Under the pieces are notes generated by a model. That model was not told the origin of the DNA and did no database searches. It saw nothing but the letters and a program-made list of their open reading frames with translations. A stretch of 64,000 bases of DNA from Nitrososphaerota archaeon (GTDB lineage Archaea; Thermoproteota; Nitrososphaeria_A; Caldarchaeales; Calditenuaceae): assembly GCA_033581555.1 (NCBI GenBank), contig JAVQSZ010000002.1, forward strand, positions 1-64,000. The letters are read 5' to 3'. The position numbers were made by a program, and so were the translations under genes. Every line of letters begins with the position of its first letter. Within the stretch, counting starts at the first letter, position 1. Positions 9,710 to 19,736 of this stretch are shown piece after piece.

Positions 9710-10714
9710 TCAGACCTCGATCCAGGTCCCGACGCCCTCCTTCACGGCCTTCCTGTAGATCAGCTCGCCGGTCGCGAGGTCGAGGATCGCGAGGCCGGTC
9801 GAGTCGTAGACGGTGACCTCGGAGTCGCTAGTGCGGCCGGGCTTCCTCCCCGCGACCACCTCGCCGATCTCGCCGGTTATCTCCTCTACCCTCAGGAACC
9901 CCTGCCTGATAGGGACGTTGACCTCTCCGCTGTGGACCGCCTGCTCCATGTCGTCGACGAAGACCCTTGCGGACTTTAAGATCCTCGGGTCCAGCTCCTG
10001 CTTCCCCGGAGCGTCTGCGCCGATCGCGTTGATGTGCGTCCCGGGCGCGACCCACTCGGCCATCACGATCGGCGACCTCGCAGGCGTCGCGGTGCAGAGG
10101 ACGTCGACTCCACGGACGCAGTCGGCGGCCGACTCGCAGACCCTGGGAGTCAGGCCGAGCTCCCTCGAGGCCCACTCCGCGAAGGCCCTCGCGGTCTCGG
10201 TCCTCCTGTCGTAGACCCGGACCTCAGAGACGCCGTTCAGGACCTCGACCATCGCCATCAGCTGCGTCCTCGCCTGAGTTCCGGCTCCGACGACGCCCAC
10301 CGACCTCGAGCCCCTCCGCGCGAGGTACTTGGTCGCGACGCCGCTCCCCGCGCCGGTCCTCACCGCGGTCAGCCAGGTCCCTCCCATCACCGCGAGCGGC
10401 CTCCCGTCCCTCGGCTCGTAGAGCACGACGATCGCCATCACCGTCGGGAGCCCGAACCTCTCCGGGTTGAAGGGGTGCGAGTTCACCAGCTTGACTCCCG
10501 CCCTTCCCAGCGAGGGGATGTACGAGGGCATCACCCTGAGGTCGCCGTCCGCCTCGTGGAAGTAGAGGTAGGTCTTCGGCGGCATCTGGACCCTACCTAG
10601 CCCCTTCTCCCTGTAGGCGGTCTCGACCGCGTTGATGGCCTCCCGCATCGTGAGCAGCGATCTCACTTCCTCCTCCTTCAGCAGCAGCACCTTCACACGC
10701 CTACTGCACCGCAC
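9710..10714 (-). CDS. ala: Alanine dehydrogenase / ornithine cyclodeaminase (mu-crystallin family)
   Basis: QMPPK.YL, DLRVMP, GVKLVNSHP, LTAVRTGA, GAGTQA, DSTGLAILD. Confidence 0.88.
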   Translation of the reverse strand: MRCSRRVKVLLLKEEEVRSLLTMREAINAVETAYREKGLGRVQMPPKTYLYFHEADGDLRVMPSYIPSLGRAGVKLVNSHPFNPERFGLPTVMAIVVLYEPRDGRPLAVMGGTWLTAVRTGAGSGVATKYLARRGSRSVGVVGAGTQARTQLMAMVEVLNGVSEVRVYDRRTETARAFAEWASRELGLTPRVCESAADCVRGVDVLCTATPARSPIVMAEWVAPGTHINAIGADAPGKQELDPRILKSARVFVDDMEQAVHSGEVNVPIRQGFLRVEEITGEIGEVVAGRKPGRTSDSEVTVYDSTGLAILDLATGELIYRKAVKEGVGTWIEV

Positions 10715-10773
10715 GGTCTAATATGCTCTCCAGAGGATTCATGGTTAATAGCGAGCCGATGGCGTCGTGTGGT

Positions 10774-10895
10774 GGGGCACCGGTCATAGGACGGGGGAAA
10801 CGCCCGGACCCGTTCCGAACCCGGAAGCTAAGCCCCGTCCGCGCGGTGAGTAGTGGGGTGGGAGACCACCCGTGAAAGCCGCGTGCTGGTGCCCC
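10774..10895 (+). rRNA. rrf: 5S rRNA (not linked to 16S/23S here)
   Basis: Terminal helix GGGGCACCGG/CTGGTGCCCC, CCCGTTCCGAACCCGGAAGCTAAG core, 122 nt, upstream TTAATA. Confidence 0.93.
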
Positions 10896-10908
10896 TTCTC
10901 TCCCGCGA

Positions 10909-12807
10909 TCACGGCTGAGAGCCCGAGGCCTCTCCCCTGACCGCGGCCCTAGCCACCTCGACGACCTCGGCGGAGCCGTATGGGACCAGCGACGCTAGCT
11001 CCGCTACCAGCGAGCCATCGAGTTCGAGCCCCGATTCGCTCGCGGCCCTCAGCAGCTCCCTCGCGACCTCAACGGCCCTCCGCCGCCCTGGTGCGACGAC
11101 CGCGTAGACCGTGGCGACCGAACTGACCCAACCCCTGCTCCCGGAGACTGCCCTGCCGTCCGGAGTGATCCCGACCGCGAGCTCCAGCCTCACCTGCAAG
11201 TAGTTCTTCGGCGGCTTGACGATGAACGACCCCTTCGGGAGGTAGGTGCCGGGAGGCGGCGTGAAGGAGATCTGCTCGGGCTTCACGTAGTAAACCGTGA
11301 CCGACCCGAGCCCCTCCCTCCAGGCCCTGCTGTGACACCCGCAGAACGTCGCGGTCTCAAGGATGTCCTTCTCGTTGCCTCCGCCCTTCAGCAGCGCTAC
11401 CGGCGAGCCCCTCACCTCCGCGTGGAAGACGAGGTCGTCGGGGTCCGTGTGCCTCCTGAGGAGCCTGACGTTGCTCTGCGCGTCCCTCCCGGCCACGACG
11501 AGCCTCCCCGAGCTCGTGAACGTCCACCGGTAGGCCTCGTACCACTCCCTCGGCCTCGACCGCTTGACTGAGGGCTCCTCGACGAACATCGCGGCGGTAA
11601 CGGACCTCCTCAGCTCCTCGACCTCTGACCTCAGCCGCTCGACCTCGGCCCTGATGTTACGCGCCGCCTCCTCGAGCCCCTTCACCCTCTCGTAGATCCT
11701 CGAGGCCTGCTTTGAGACCTGCTCCCTCGCGCTGAGCGGGAACTCGGCTCCTCCCATCCTCACGACCAGCGCCCCTCCCTCCCTCTTGACCGAGAGCACA
11801 CCGATCTCCGCCGAAGCGTCGCTCCCTACCCTGAAGGACTCGAGCTCGTGCATCCGGGCGAAGACCTCGTCGGCGAGGGCCCTCAGCTCCACTGCATCTA
11901 CCTCGACCTTCCGGAGCGCCTCCTCCTTCTCCGCGATCTCCCTGCTCAGCCTCGCGGCTCTCTCCTCGACCTCCTTGGACCTCGACGCGGCCCGCTGGAC
12001 CGCCGAGTGCTCCGCGAAGTACCTCGAGACCGCCTCGTTGATCGTCCCGAACGCTACAGGTTCGTACCCCTTCGCCTCGAGGTGCGTGAGCCTCGCCATC
12101 GAGACCTCGACCCCTTCTCGAGACCTGTAGACGAGAGGCCTTCCCGCCGAGAGCTCCTCAAGAATGCCTGAGAGCGCTCCCCCGATCCTCTCCAGCTCCT
12201 CCGCGCTCAGCTCCCTGACTCTCCTCGAGCCCTCGATCTCAGCCCTGTGGAGGACCTCGTTGACGTACTTCGGAGGGAGGTTCAGCGACCTCACCATCGC
12301 GGACCCCACCTTCTGATCCCCGGGCAGGGACCTCAGGGCCCCGAGTAGCTCCTGCGAGTTCAAGGGCCTCGGGGTCGGAGCCTGGACCCGCTCTCCGCGC
12401 TCAAGGGCCGGACGCGATATGACGACCTCGCCGGACTCAGAGAGGAGCACCGTCCTGCCTCCGGGGAAGAGCTGGAGCAGGAGTTTATCTCCGGAGTCGA
12501 AGAGCACCTCGACGACCCTCTCGCCCTCGACTGCCCTGAAGTCCATCACCGTCCTTCCCCTCAGCCTGGACCTCAACGAGGAGGCGAACTCGTCGGGAGG
12601 AGGGTGCTCCTCGTACGTGCCCTCGACCAGGAAGAGGAGGGACTCGGGCACGACCCTCAGCTCGACCGTCCCAGACCTAGTCCTGAGCTTGAGCGTGTAG
12701 CTCCCGTCGGGCATCGAGTAGACGTTCGCGACCTTCGCGCCCTCCAGCCTCGAACGGATTTCCCTCGCCAGCGCTTGGAGCTCGAAGTGGCTCAGCGGTA
12801 CTCTCAT
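10909..12807 (-). CDS. rqcH: NFACT/RqcH (NEMF-like) ribosome quality-control protein
   Basis: NFACT-N, H2TH, coiled coil, then WYEAYRW...GRDAQSN...FHAE...YLPKGSF NFACT-R domain; ATG at 12807 (the upstream ORF extension is antisense to lutC). Confidence 0.9.
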   Translation of the reverse strand: MRVPLSHFELQALAREIRSRLEGAKVANVYSMPDGSYTLKLRTRSGTVELRVVPESLLFLVEGTYEEHPPPDEFASSLRSRLRGRTVMDFRAVEGERVVEVLFDSGDKLLLQLFPGGRTVLLSESGEVVISRPALERGERVQAPTPRPLNSQELLGALRSLPGDQKVGSAMVRSLNLPPKYVNEVLHRAEIEGSRRVRELSAEELERIGGALSGILEELSAGRPLVYRSREGVEVSMARLTHLEAKGYEPVAFGTINEAVSRYFAEHSAVQRAASRSKEVEERAARLSREIAEKEEALRKVEVDAVELRALADEVFARMHELESFRVGSDASAEIGVLSVKREGGALVVRMGGAEFPLSAREQVSKQASRIYERVKGLEEAARNIRAEVERLRSEVEELRRSVTAAMFVEEPSVKRSRPREWYEAYRWTFTSSGRLVVAGRDAQSNVRLLRRHTDPDDLVFHAEVRGSPVALLKGGGNEKDILETATFCGCHSRAWREGLGSVTVYYVKPEQISFTPPPGTYLPKGSFIVKPPKNYLQVRLELAVGITPDGRAVSGSRGWVSSVATVYAVVAPGRRRAVEVARELLRAASESGLELDGSLVAELASLVPYGSAEVVEVARAAVRGEASGSQP

Positions 12808-12876
12808 CCCCTCCGGAGCTCGAGAGCACTCAGCCTTCAATATCCTTATTTCAGCGGTGCCGCCGCAGACTGACGG

Positions 12877-13410
12877 TTGTCGCTGGAGACCTTCCTCGAG
12901 AGCTGTGGGGCGAACGGCGTGCGGGTGGAAGTGTTGCGCGGAACCCTCGAGCTCGGGGAGGCCGTGAAGAGGGCCGCATCGGAGGTGGGCGCGAGGCTGA
13001 TCGTCGTCGACGACGCCCTCGCTGAGGCCGCAGACCGGGGCGAGCTCCTCCTTCCGACCGAGGCGAGGCCGCTGAGGGAGGTCGACCTCGAGCTCCTGAG
13101 GCCCCACGACAACGGGGTTCTGCTGGTCAGGTCGGCGGGCGCCGCGATCGCCGAGATGGGGGCTGCGGCCCTCTGGGGCGACGAGCGGACGCAGAGGGCG
13201 ACCGCGATGGCTGAGCACCTGATGGTCGTGATTCGGGCCGAACGCGTCCTCGACGTCGCGAAAGCGTCTTCTGTAATCCGCAGGGTCTTGACGGAGTCGG
13301 GCGGGCCGGTCCACCTCGTGATGGGGCCCAGCGCGACGAGGGACATCGAGCACGTGAGGGTACTCGGTGCCCACGGGCCGGTTACGCTGAGGTTCGCGGT
13401 GAGCCCATGA
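12877..13410 (+). CDS. LUD-domain protein (LutC/YkgG-like)
   Basis: AIAEMG, GPSATRDIE..RVLGAHGP. Confidence 0.85.
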   Translation: MSLETFLESCGANGVRVEVLRGTLELGEAVKRAASEVGARLIVVDDALAEAADRGELLLPTEARPLREVDLELLRPHDNGVLLVRSAGAAIAEMGAAALWGDERTQRATAMAEHLMVVIRAERVLDVAKASSVIRRVLTESGGPVHLVMGPSATRDIEHVRVLGAHGPVTLRFAVSP

Positions 13411-15494
13411 GCCTCGAGCGCAGGACCTCGGAGGCGCTGAGGGAGAGGAGCAGAGTCGAGAGGCTCTGGTGGGTCTTCGAGGAGACGAAGCGGTCTCGGG
13501 ACGAGGGGATCAGGAGGCTGGACGTCGACGAGCTGAGGCTGGTCAGGGAGTCGAAGGTCTCTGCCCTCCGGAGGCTCGAGGAGCTGATCGAGGAGGTGAG
13601 GATCGCGGTCGAGCGGGCCGGAGGCGAAGTGTTCCTCGCGAGGGACGCGGAGGACGCGAGGAGGACGGTCATCAGGGTCCTGAAGGACGCGGGCGTGAGG
13701 ACGGCGATCAAGTCCAAGTCCATCACGAGCGAGGAGATTCGCCTCAACGAGGCCCTCATCTCCGCAGGTATCGAGGTCGTCGAGACCGACTTGGGCGAGA
13801 GGGTCGTCCAGCTCTCGGGCGGGAGGCCCTCACACATACTAGGGCCTGCGCTCCACATGGGCAGGGAGGAGGTCGCCGCGATACTGAGTAGGTCGCTGGG
13901 AGAGGAGGTTGACCCAGACCCCCGGAGCATCGTCGCCGCGGTCAGGAGGCACCTCCGCGAGGAGATGATGAGGGCGGCCGCGGGAATCACCGGCGCGAAC
14001 GCGGTCGACTCGGAGACCGGGACCGTCGTGATCGTCACCAACGAGGGGAACGAGCAGTTCGTCGTCGGGTTCCCGGAACTCGTCGTCTGCGTCGCGGGAG
14101 TCGAGAAGCTGGTGAAGGGCCTTGAGGCCGCGGTCAGGATCGCGAGGGTCCAGTCGGCGAGCGCGACCGGCAGGATGCCCTCCTACGTCACCCTGTACGG
14201 TCCCCGGTGGTGGGGAGAGGGGAAGAGGTTCGTACTGGTCCTGCTCGACAACGGGAGGACCGAGGCCCTGAGGGACCCGTGGCTCTGGCAGGTGAACCTC
14301 TGCGTGAGGTGCGGAGCCTGCTTCAACGTCTGCAACCCCTACAAGACCGTGAGCGGCCTCGTCTTCGGGGGGAACTACACAGGACCTATCGGGATCGTCT
14401 GGGACTCGGTGACCTCGGGACCGGAGACCGCGAACGGCTACTCGCGGCTATGTCTGTCCTGCGGCCTCTGCGAGCTCGAGTGTCCGATGGGGATCAGGAT
14501 ACCCCTGCTGATCTCGAGGGTCAAGTCCTTCGGGAGGAGGGGAGTGAGGCTGACCGCGCTCGCTGAAGGGTTCGGGTTCTATGCGAGGCTCGGGTCATCG
14601 ATGGCCGGCCCGCTCAACAAGGCGCAGCGGTCGAGGTCCTTCAGGGTCGCGCTAGAGCTGCTCGCAGGGATCGACAGGAACGCGCCGCTGCCGGAGTTCA
14701 GGGGCGGGACGTTACGGAGGGCCCTCAAGGCGTCAGGGATTGCGGATGACGGAGAGGGTGCGGGGAGCACGGTCGTCTACGTCCCGGACACGTTCGCGTC
14801 ACTGATCGACTGGAGGGTCGGACTCGAGGCCGTCGCGCTCCTCCGGTCGCTCGGTTACCGGGTCGTCGTCTGCGACAGCGTCGGGACAAACATGCCCGCG
14901 GTCCAATACGGTCACTTGGGGCTGGCCGCGAGGGTCGCTAAGAGGGTCGTCTCCGCCCTACACCCACACGTCGAGAGGGGAGCGAGGGTCGTCGTGACCG
15001 AGCCCACCGCGGGGTACTGCGTCAGGGAGGTCTTCCCCGCGCTTTTGGGTACGCAGGAGTCCGAGGAGGTCGCGAAGTCGACGCTCAACTTCACGGAGCT
15101 CGTGGTCTCCGACGGGCTTCACTCAAGGTTCAGGCGGTCCAAAACGTCCAGCGAGGTCGTCTACTACCACGTCAGCTGCCACGGGAGGGGGACGGGTCTC
15201 GAGGCCGCGACGAGGGCTGTTCTCGAGTCGCTCGGCCTGAAGGTCGTCTCGGAGGAGCTGGGTTGCTGCGGGATGGCAGGGACCTGGGGGATGAGAAAGG
15301 GCGCCGTCGGACACGGGCTAGGCGCTGAGATAGGGAGGATGGGCTCCAGGAGGATCGCGGAGACGCGGCCCGAACTCGTGGTGACCGAGAGCAGCATCTG
15401 TGCTCTGCAGCTAAGGAGGTTCCTCAACGTCCCGGTCCTCCACACGGTGAGCCTGATCTTCGGGTCAGTCAACGGCGCGGCGCCTTCGCGTTAA
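13407..15494 (+). CDS. LutB-like LUD + 2x[4Fe-4S] protein fused to CCG domains (LutB-LutA fusion)
   Basis: KSKSITSEEI, ETDLGE, TNEGN, CVRCGACFNVC, CLSCGLCELECP, YHVSCH, CCGMAG. Confidence 0.85.
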   Translation: MSLERRTSEALRERSRVERLWWVFEETKRSRDEGIRRLDVDELRLVRESKVSALRRLEELIEEVRIAVERAGGEVFLARDAEDARRTVIRVLKDAGVRTAIKSKSITSEEIRLNEALISAGIEVVETDLGERVVQLSGGRPSHILGPALHMGREEVAAILSRSLGEEVDPDPRSIVAAVRRHLREEMMRAAAGITGANAVDSETGTVVIVTNEGNEQFVVGFPELVVCVAGVEKLVKGLEAAVRIARVQSASATGRMPSYVTLYGPRWWGEGKRFVLVLLDNGRTEALRDPWLWQVNLCVRCGACFNVCNPYKTVSGLVFGGNYTGPIGIVWDSVTSGPETANGYSRLCLSCGLCELECPMGIRIPLLISRVKSFGRRGVRLTALAEGFGFYARLGSSMAGPLNKAQRSRSFRVALELLAGIDRNAPLPEFRGGTLRRALKASGIADDGEGAGSTVVYVPDTFASLIDWRVGLEAVALLRSLGYRVVVCDSVGTNMPAVQYGHLGLAARVAKRVVSALHPHVERGARVVVTEPTAGYCVREVFPALLGTQESEEVAKSTLNFTELVVSDGLHSRFRRSKTSSEVVYYHVSCHGRGTGLEAATRAVLESLGLKVVSEELGCCGMAGTWGMRKGAVGHGLGAEIGRMGSRRIAETRPELVVTESSICALQLRRFLNVPVLHTVSLIFGSVNGAAPSR

Positions 15495-15531
15495 CAAAGT
15501 TTATCAGTGGGACGCCTCGCAGAAGTCCGGC

Positions 15532-16098
15532 TTGGAGGGGGAGGTAATTCTCCCGCTCGAGGGCAGGAGGTTCTACGAACTCGAGGTCGCTGGATACAGG
15601 AAGACCCTCCCGCTGATGAAGGTCTCCGACAGGCTCTACATCGCGTACTTCGACAGCCTCGGCGACGTCGACTTCATCTCCCACTGCGCTAAGCTCCTAG
15701 CGGAGAAGCTGAAGGGGGCAGAGGTCCTCTTCACCTCAGAGACGAAGGGCGTCCCGCTGGTCCACGAGATCGCGAAAATCCTGGGACACAGGCAGTACGT
15801 GATCGCGAGGAAGAGAGCGCTGCCGTACATGGAGAACCCGATCACGGTCACCTACAAGCCCATCACCAGCGAGAGGCCTCAGACGCTCACGCTGGACGGG
15901 AGGTACGCGAGGCTCCTCGAGGGGAAGAGGGTCGCGATCGTCGACGACATCGTCAGCACTAAGGAGACGATGAGGGCACTCGAGGACCTCGTCAGGAGGG
16001 CCGGAGGCCAAGTATACAAGAAGGCCGCGATACTGGTCGAGGGCAAGGTCCACGACGACGTGGAGCACTTGGGCGTCCTGCCGCTCTTCGTCGAGTAA
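15532..16098 (+). CDS. Type I phosphoribosyltransferase (adenine PRT-like)
   Basis: ETKGVPL, IARK, VAIVDDIVST PRPP-binding loop. Confidence 0.88.
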   Translation: MEGEVILPLEGRRFYELEVAGYRKTLPLMKVSDRLYIAYFDSLGDVDFISHCAKLLAEKLKGAEVLFTSETKGVPLVHEIAKILGHRQYVIARKRALPYMENPITVTYKPITSERPQTLTLDGRYARLLEGKRVAIVDDIVSTKETMRALEDLVRRAGGQVYKKAAILVEGKVHDDVEHLGVLPLFVE

Positions 16099-16180
16099 GA
16101 CCGGGTGAACGGATCCCCGAGGGCGCTGTGGAGACCCTCTGCGGTAACTCTTACTAGCACCGAGGACTGGCTGGACTGGC

Positions 16181-16960
16181 ATGAGGGCAGCCTCCCTGAG
16201 GCGGCGGGGACTGATCAGCGTGATGCTCAACCGCAGGTCGATCAGGTACTTCTCGGGCACGCCGGTCGGAGAGGAGGTGGCGAGGCTGATAGTCGAGGCC
16301 GGGCAGAGGGCCCCCTGCGTGTACCAGTCCTACTCTGTGATCAGGCTGAGCGACCCCGAAATGAGGAGGAGGTTGATCGAGATCGTCGGCGACGACCCGC
16401 CGCTGAGGGCGCCGCTAGTCCTTCTGGTCTGCCTCGACCTCAGGAGGACCTCGAGGGTATTCTCGATGTTGAAGGAGAGGCACCTGCTCAGGTCCGAGAG
16501 GCACCCGGTCGAGACGGTCGAGATGCTCGTGGAGCTGGCGATGTTCATGGAGAACATGATAATCGCGGCCGAGGCGCTGGCGTTGGGGAGCGTCGTCCTC
16601 GACTACCCGCTCAGGGCTCCGGACGAGTTCTCGAGGACCCTGGGACTCCCGGAGAGGGTTGTCCCGCTCTTTCTCCTCTGCATAGGCCAGCCCGCCGAGT
16701 CCCCGCCGCTCAGGCCGAGGCTGCCCCTCGAGGTCGTCTACCACGTCGACAGGTACCGTGAGCCGTCCGACGAGGAGTTGAGTCAGTACCTCCAGGAGGC
16801 CGATGAGGCCTACAACGCGGAGGGCTATCTACGGAAGTACGGGAACATGGACGCGAAGTACATGGAGTACTTGGCCGAGAAGGTCGCGCTGAACAAGGCC
16901 CACGAGGAGGAGGCCTCGAGGGTCCAGAAGTTCCTGAGGTCATCGGGGTTGACGATCTGA
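16181..16960 (+). CDS. Nitroreductase family (NfsA-like) flavoprotein
   Basis: NRRSIRYF, AGQRAP, IIAAEALALGSV, RPRLP.EVVYH. Confidence 0.85.
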   Translation: MRAASLRRRGLISVMLNRRSIRYFSGTPVGEEVARLIVEAGQRAPCVYQSYSVIRLSDPEMRRRLIEIVGDDPPLRAPLVLLVCLDLRRTSRVFSMLKERHLLRSERHPVETVEMLVELAMFMENMIIAAEALALGSVVLDYPLRAPDEFSRTLGLPERVVPLFLLCIGQPAESPPLRPRLPLEVVYHVDRYREPSDEELSQYLQEADEAYNAEGYLRKYGNMDAKYMEYLAEKVALNKAHEEEASRVQKFLRSSGLTI

Positions 16961-17012
16961 CCGCTCTCAGGCCGCCACGGGTAAATAGGCGTGGAGAGCG
17001 CCAGGGGTCGGG

Positions 17013-18074
17013 TTGGGGGCGCTGGAGGAGCTCTCATCGAGGTACCTGAGGCTGATTGGCGCGTCGATGGAGTCCGTCCTCCCGAGGACCTCCGACGAGG
17101 AATACCTCAGGAGCGTCACGGGGTTGAAAGGGGCACGGTTCGATGCCGAGGCGATCTCGAAGTCGGTCAACGTCCCCGCGTGGGACCTCCTCGATAGGGG
17201 TGGGAAGAGGTGGAGGCCCGTACTGACGATGCTGACCTACGAGGCGCTGGGTGGGAGGGCGGAGGAGATCGCGGACCTCGCGGCCGTCACTGAGCTGATT
17301 CACAACGGAACCCTCGCGGTCGACGACGTGGAGGACCAGAGCGAGCTCAGGAGGGGGAAGCCCTGCGTCCACGTGATCTACGGCGTCGACGTCGCGATCA
17401 ACATGGGGAACACGCTCTACTTCCTCCCGATGGCCGCAGCGCTCCGGCGCGGGAGCGTTCCGCCTTCTAGGGTCGAGAGGGTCCTGAGGGCCTTCGTCGA
17501 GGAGATGACGAACCTCAGCCTCGGTCAGGCGATCGACATAGCCTGGCACAGGTCGCTCTCCTCCAACTACGACGAGATGACCTATCTCACGATGTGCAGC
17601 CTCAAGACCGGCTCGCTGGTGAGGATGGGGATCAGGTTCGCCTGCGCCCTCGCTGACGCCGAGCCGTTGACTGAGGCGGCTTTAGTCAGGTTCGGTGACT
17701 CGGTCGCGGTCGCCTTCCAGATCCAGGACGACGTCCTCAACCTCGTCGGGGAAGAGAGGGAGTACGGTAAGGAAATAGGCGGCGACATAAGGGAGGGGAA
17801 GAGGACGCTGATGGTCGTCCACGCGATGAGGGTCCTGCCCCCGGAGAGCTCGAGGAGGCTCAGGGAGATACTTGACTCCAGGACATCCGACTCTTCCCTG
17901 ATCAGGGAGGCAATAGATCTTATTCTTTCAGCTGGATCAGTAGAATATGCGAAGTCCTTCTCGAGGAGATTGGTTGAGGAGGCATGGGCGGGGCTCGACG
18001 GCGTCCTACCCGACTCAGCACCGAAGAGGGCCCTTAGGGAGCTCGCGGAGTTCCTTATAACGAGGTCGCACTGA
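17013..18074 (+). CDS. Polyprenyl synthetase (GGPP synthase-like)
   Basis: GGKRWRP, DDVED..LRRG, GQAID, KTG, FQIQDDVL. Confidence 0.93.
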   Translation: MGALEELSSRYLRLIGASMESVLPRTSDEEYLRSVTGLKGARFDAEAISKSVNVPAWDLLDRGGKRWRPVLTMLTYEALGGRAEEIADLAAVTELIHNGTLAVDDVEDQSELRRGKPCVHVIYGVDVAINMGNTLYFLPMAAALRRGSVPPSRVERVLRAFVEEMTNLSLGQAIDIAWHRSLSSNYDEMTYLTMCSLKTGSLVRMGIRFACALADAEPLTEAALVRFGDSVAVAFQIQDDVLNLVGEEREYGKEIGGDIREGKRTLMVVHAMRVLPPESSRRLREILDSRTSDSSLIREAIDLILSAGSVEYAKSFSRRLVEEAWAGLDGVLPDSAPKRALRELAEFLITRSH

Positions 18075-18096
18075 ACGAATTGTAGACGTCATAAGA

Positions 18097-18170
18097 CGCC
18101 TGGGCCGGGATTTGAACCCGGGTCACCGGCTCGACAGGCCGGTATACTAACCTGGCTATACTACCCAGGC
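18097..18170 (-). tRNA. tRNA-Asp(GTC)
   Basis: GCCTGGG/CCCAGGC acceptor stem, CCGGC-CT-GTC-GA-GCCGG anticodon arm, GTTCAAATC; no intron. Confidence 0.95.
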
Positions 18171-18295
18171 TCCCCGTTCACGGGTGATCTTCAGCTAGCT
18201 CATAAACCTCTCACGTGTAGAGGATAGGTCCTACCGCGGTCGATCACACGTTATCACGAGAAATTCGAGAGTTAGCCGTGAGTTCCGCGACCGAG

Positions 18296-19106
18296 TCAGA
18301 CCGTCCTGGCCTCGACTTCGAGCTCGCGCAGCTTGTCCAGAGCGATCTCGGCTGCTTTGCGACCGGAGAGCAGCATCGCACCGAAGGTCGGGCCCATCCG
18401 CGGGAGACCGAACGCCTCCGCGACCGACATCCCCGCCACCATCAGCCCTGGGAAGACCTCGCCGGTCCGCTCGACGACCGAGTCCTCCGACCTCTCGACC
18501 CACATCGGGCTCATCCCAGGAACCTTCAAGAGCCCCCGTTCCTCGAGCTTCCTGACTGCGGCGGCGTCGTGTCCGGTGGCGTCGATCACGAGCTTCGACT
18601 CGATCGCGATTGGGTCCAGGCAAGTGATCAGTTTGGGGGAGTGACTTCACTGGCGTCCAATTCACGACGACCCCTGATACCCTGCCGTCCCTCAGGACGA
18701 GGTCCTCGAGCTGGGTCATGTTGAGGACCCGGACTCCGGCCTCGAGGGTCGTTGCGATCAGCTTGGAGCACGCGTAGGGAGCCGGAGTCGCGAAGAGGCC
18801 GTCGGAGACCCTCTAGTACCTGATGCCCAGCTCGTCGAGGACGGTTTCAGCGGGGTGCCTGAACGTCGCCACGTTCATGAGGTATCCTCCGATCCAGAAG
18901 CCTCCGCCGAGGTAGTTGTTCTGCTCGACGAGCAGCACCTTCACGCCCCTGAGCGCTAGGTCCCTTGCGGCCATCAGCCCCGCGGGCCCGCCGCCCACTA
19001 CGACGACGTCGCTCTCCAGGGCTCCGAGCAGCTGCTCCGCGAACTTCGAGACGATCGTGCTGGCGATCTCCTTCTCCCCGACCTCCGAAGCGAACTTCAC
19101 CGACAT
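18296..19106 (-). pseudogene. thi4: Thi4 thiazole synthase, disrupted (in-frame TAG 18813-18815; +1 frameshift in the 5-nt run 18635-18639)
   Basis: [50 protein letters not shown] motifs are spread over three ORF fragments that rejoin when both lesions are corrected. Confidence 0.88.
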
Positions 19107-19151
19107 CTCGGTCAGGTCCGCGGGCATCCGATTATTAAGCAATTTAATAAA

Positions 19152-19736
19152 TCACTTATGCTCACCTGCCCGCCGTTCCTCCTGACCTCCTTCCCTCGCT
19201 TGGTCACCGGTCAGCCGGAGCGCCTGCTCGATCAGCCTCTTGACCCTCGCCCCGGAACCCTCCGCTCCGATCAGCGTCGAGAAGAGATGCGAGGTCCTTA
19301 GGACCCTACTCCGGCCCCTCCGCTCGACCTCGATCAGACCGAGCTCCTCGAGCTCCCTGACCTGAGCGTAGGCCCTCGAGCCCCTAACCGCAGCGACCGC
19401 CGTCATCTCGATCGGCTGGTGGTAAGCGATGAAGGAGAGCGTCTTGAGGGCGGACGTCGAGAGGAGCGAGCCCCTGTAGTGCCTCCTGACGATCGGGAGG
19501 AGCTCGTGACGGACGTGGAGGAGGAAGCGGTCGTTGGGCAGCTCGCTGAGCGTGAAGGCCCTCCCCTGCTCGTCGTACTCCCTCTTGAGCTCCCTCAGCA
19601 GCTTGACCACCTCCCTTTGGCTCCTCCAACCAGTGGCCCTCATCAGCGACCTCAGCTCGACCGGCCTGTTCGCCGCGAAGAGGATCGCCTCGACGACGAC
19701 CCTTGCCTCGACCTCGCTAAGCCTGCCCCGCGCCAC
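19152..19736 (-). CDS. scpB: Segregation/condensation protein ScpB
   Basis: VEAILFAA, LKTLSFIAYHQPI, tandem winged helices; downstream of smc/scpA. Confidence 0.9.
   Translation of the reverse strand: MARGRLSEVEARVVVEAILFAANRPVELRSLMRATGWRSQREVVKLLRELKREYDEQGRAFTLSELPNDRFLLHVRHELLPIVRRHYRGSLLSTSALKTLSFIAYHQPIEMTAVAAVRGSRAYAQVRELEELGLIEVERRGRSRVLRTSHLFSTLIGAEGSGARVKRLIEQALRLTGDQAREGGQEERRAGEHK

Noticed and set aside
12808-13374. 189-aa N-terminal extension of the 821-aa NFACT ORF
   Set aside because: It is antisense to the LutC-like gene; the NFACT-like sequence begins at ATG 12807.
18813-18815. In-frame TAG in thi4 as pyrrolysine or readthrough recoding
   Set aside because: A second frameshift lesion lies downstream, no pyl genes are in the window, and TAG is used as a normal stop by other genes here.
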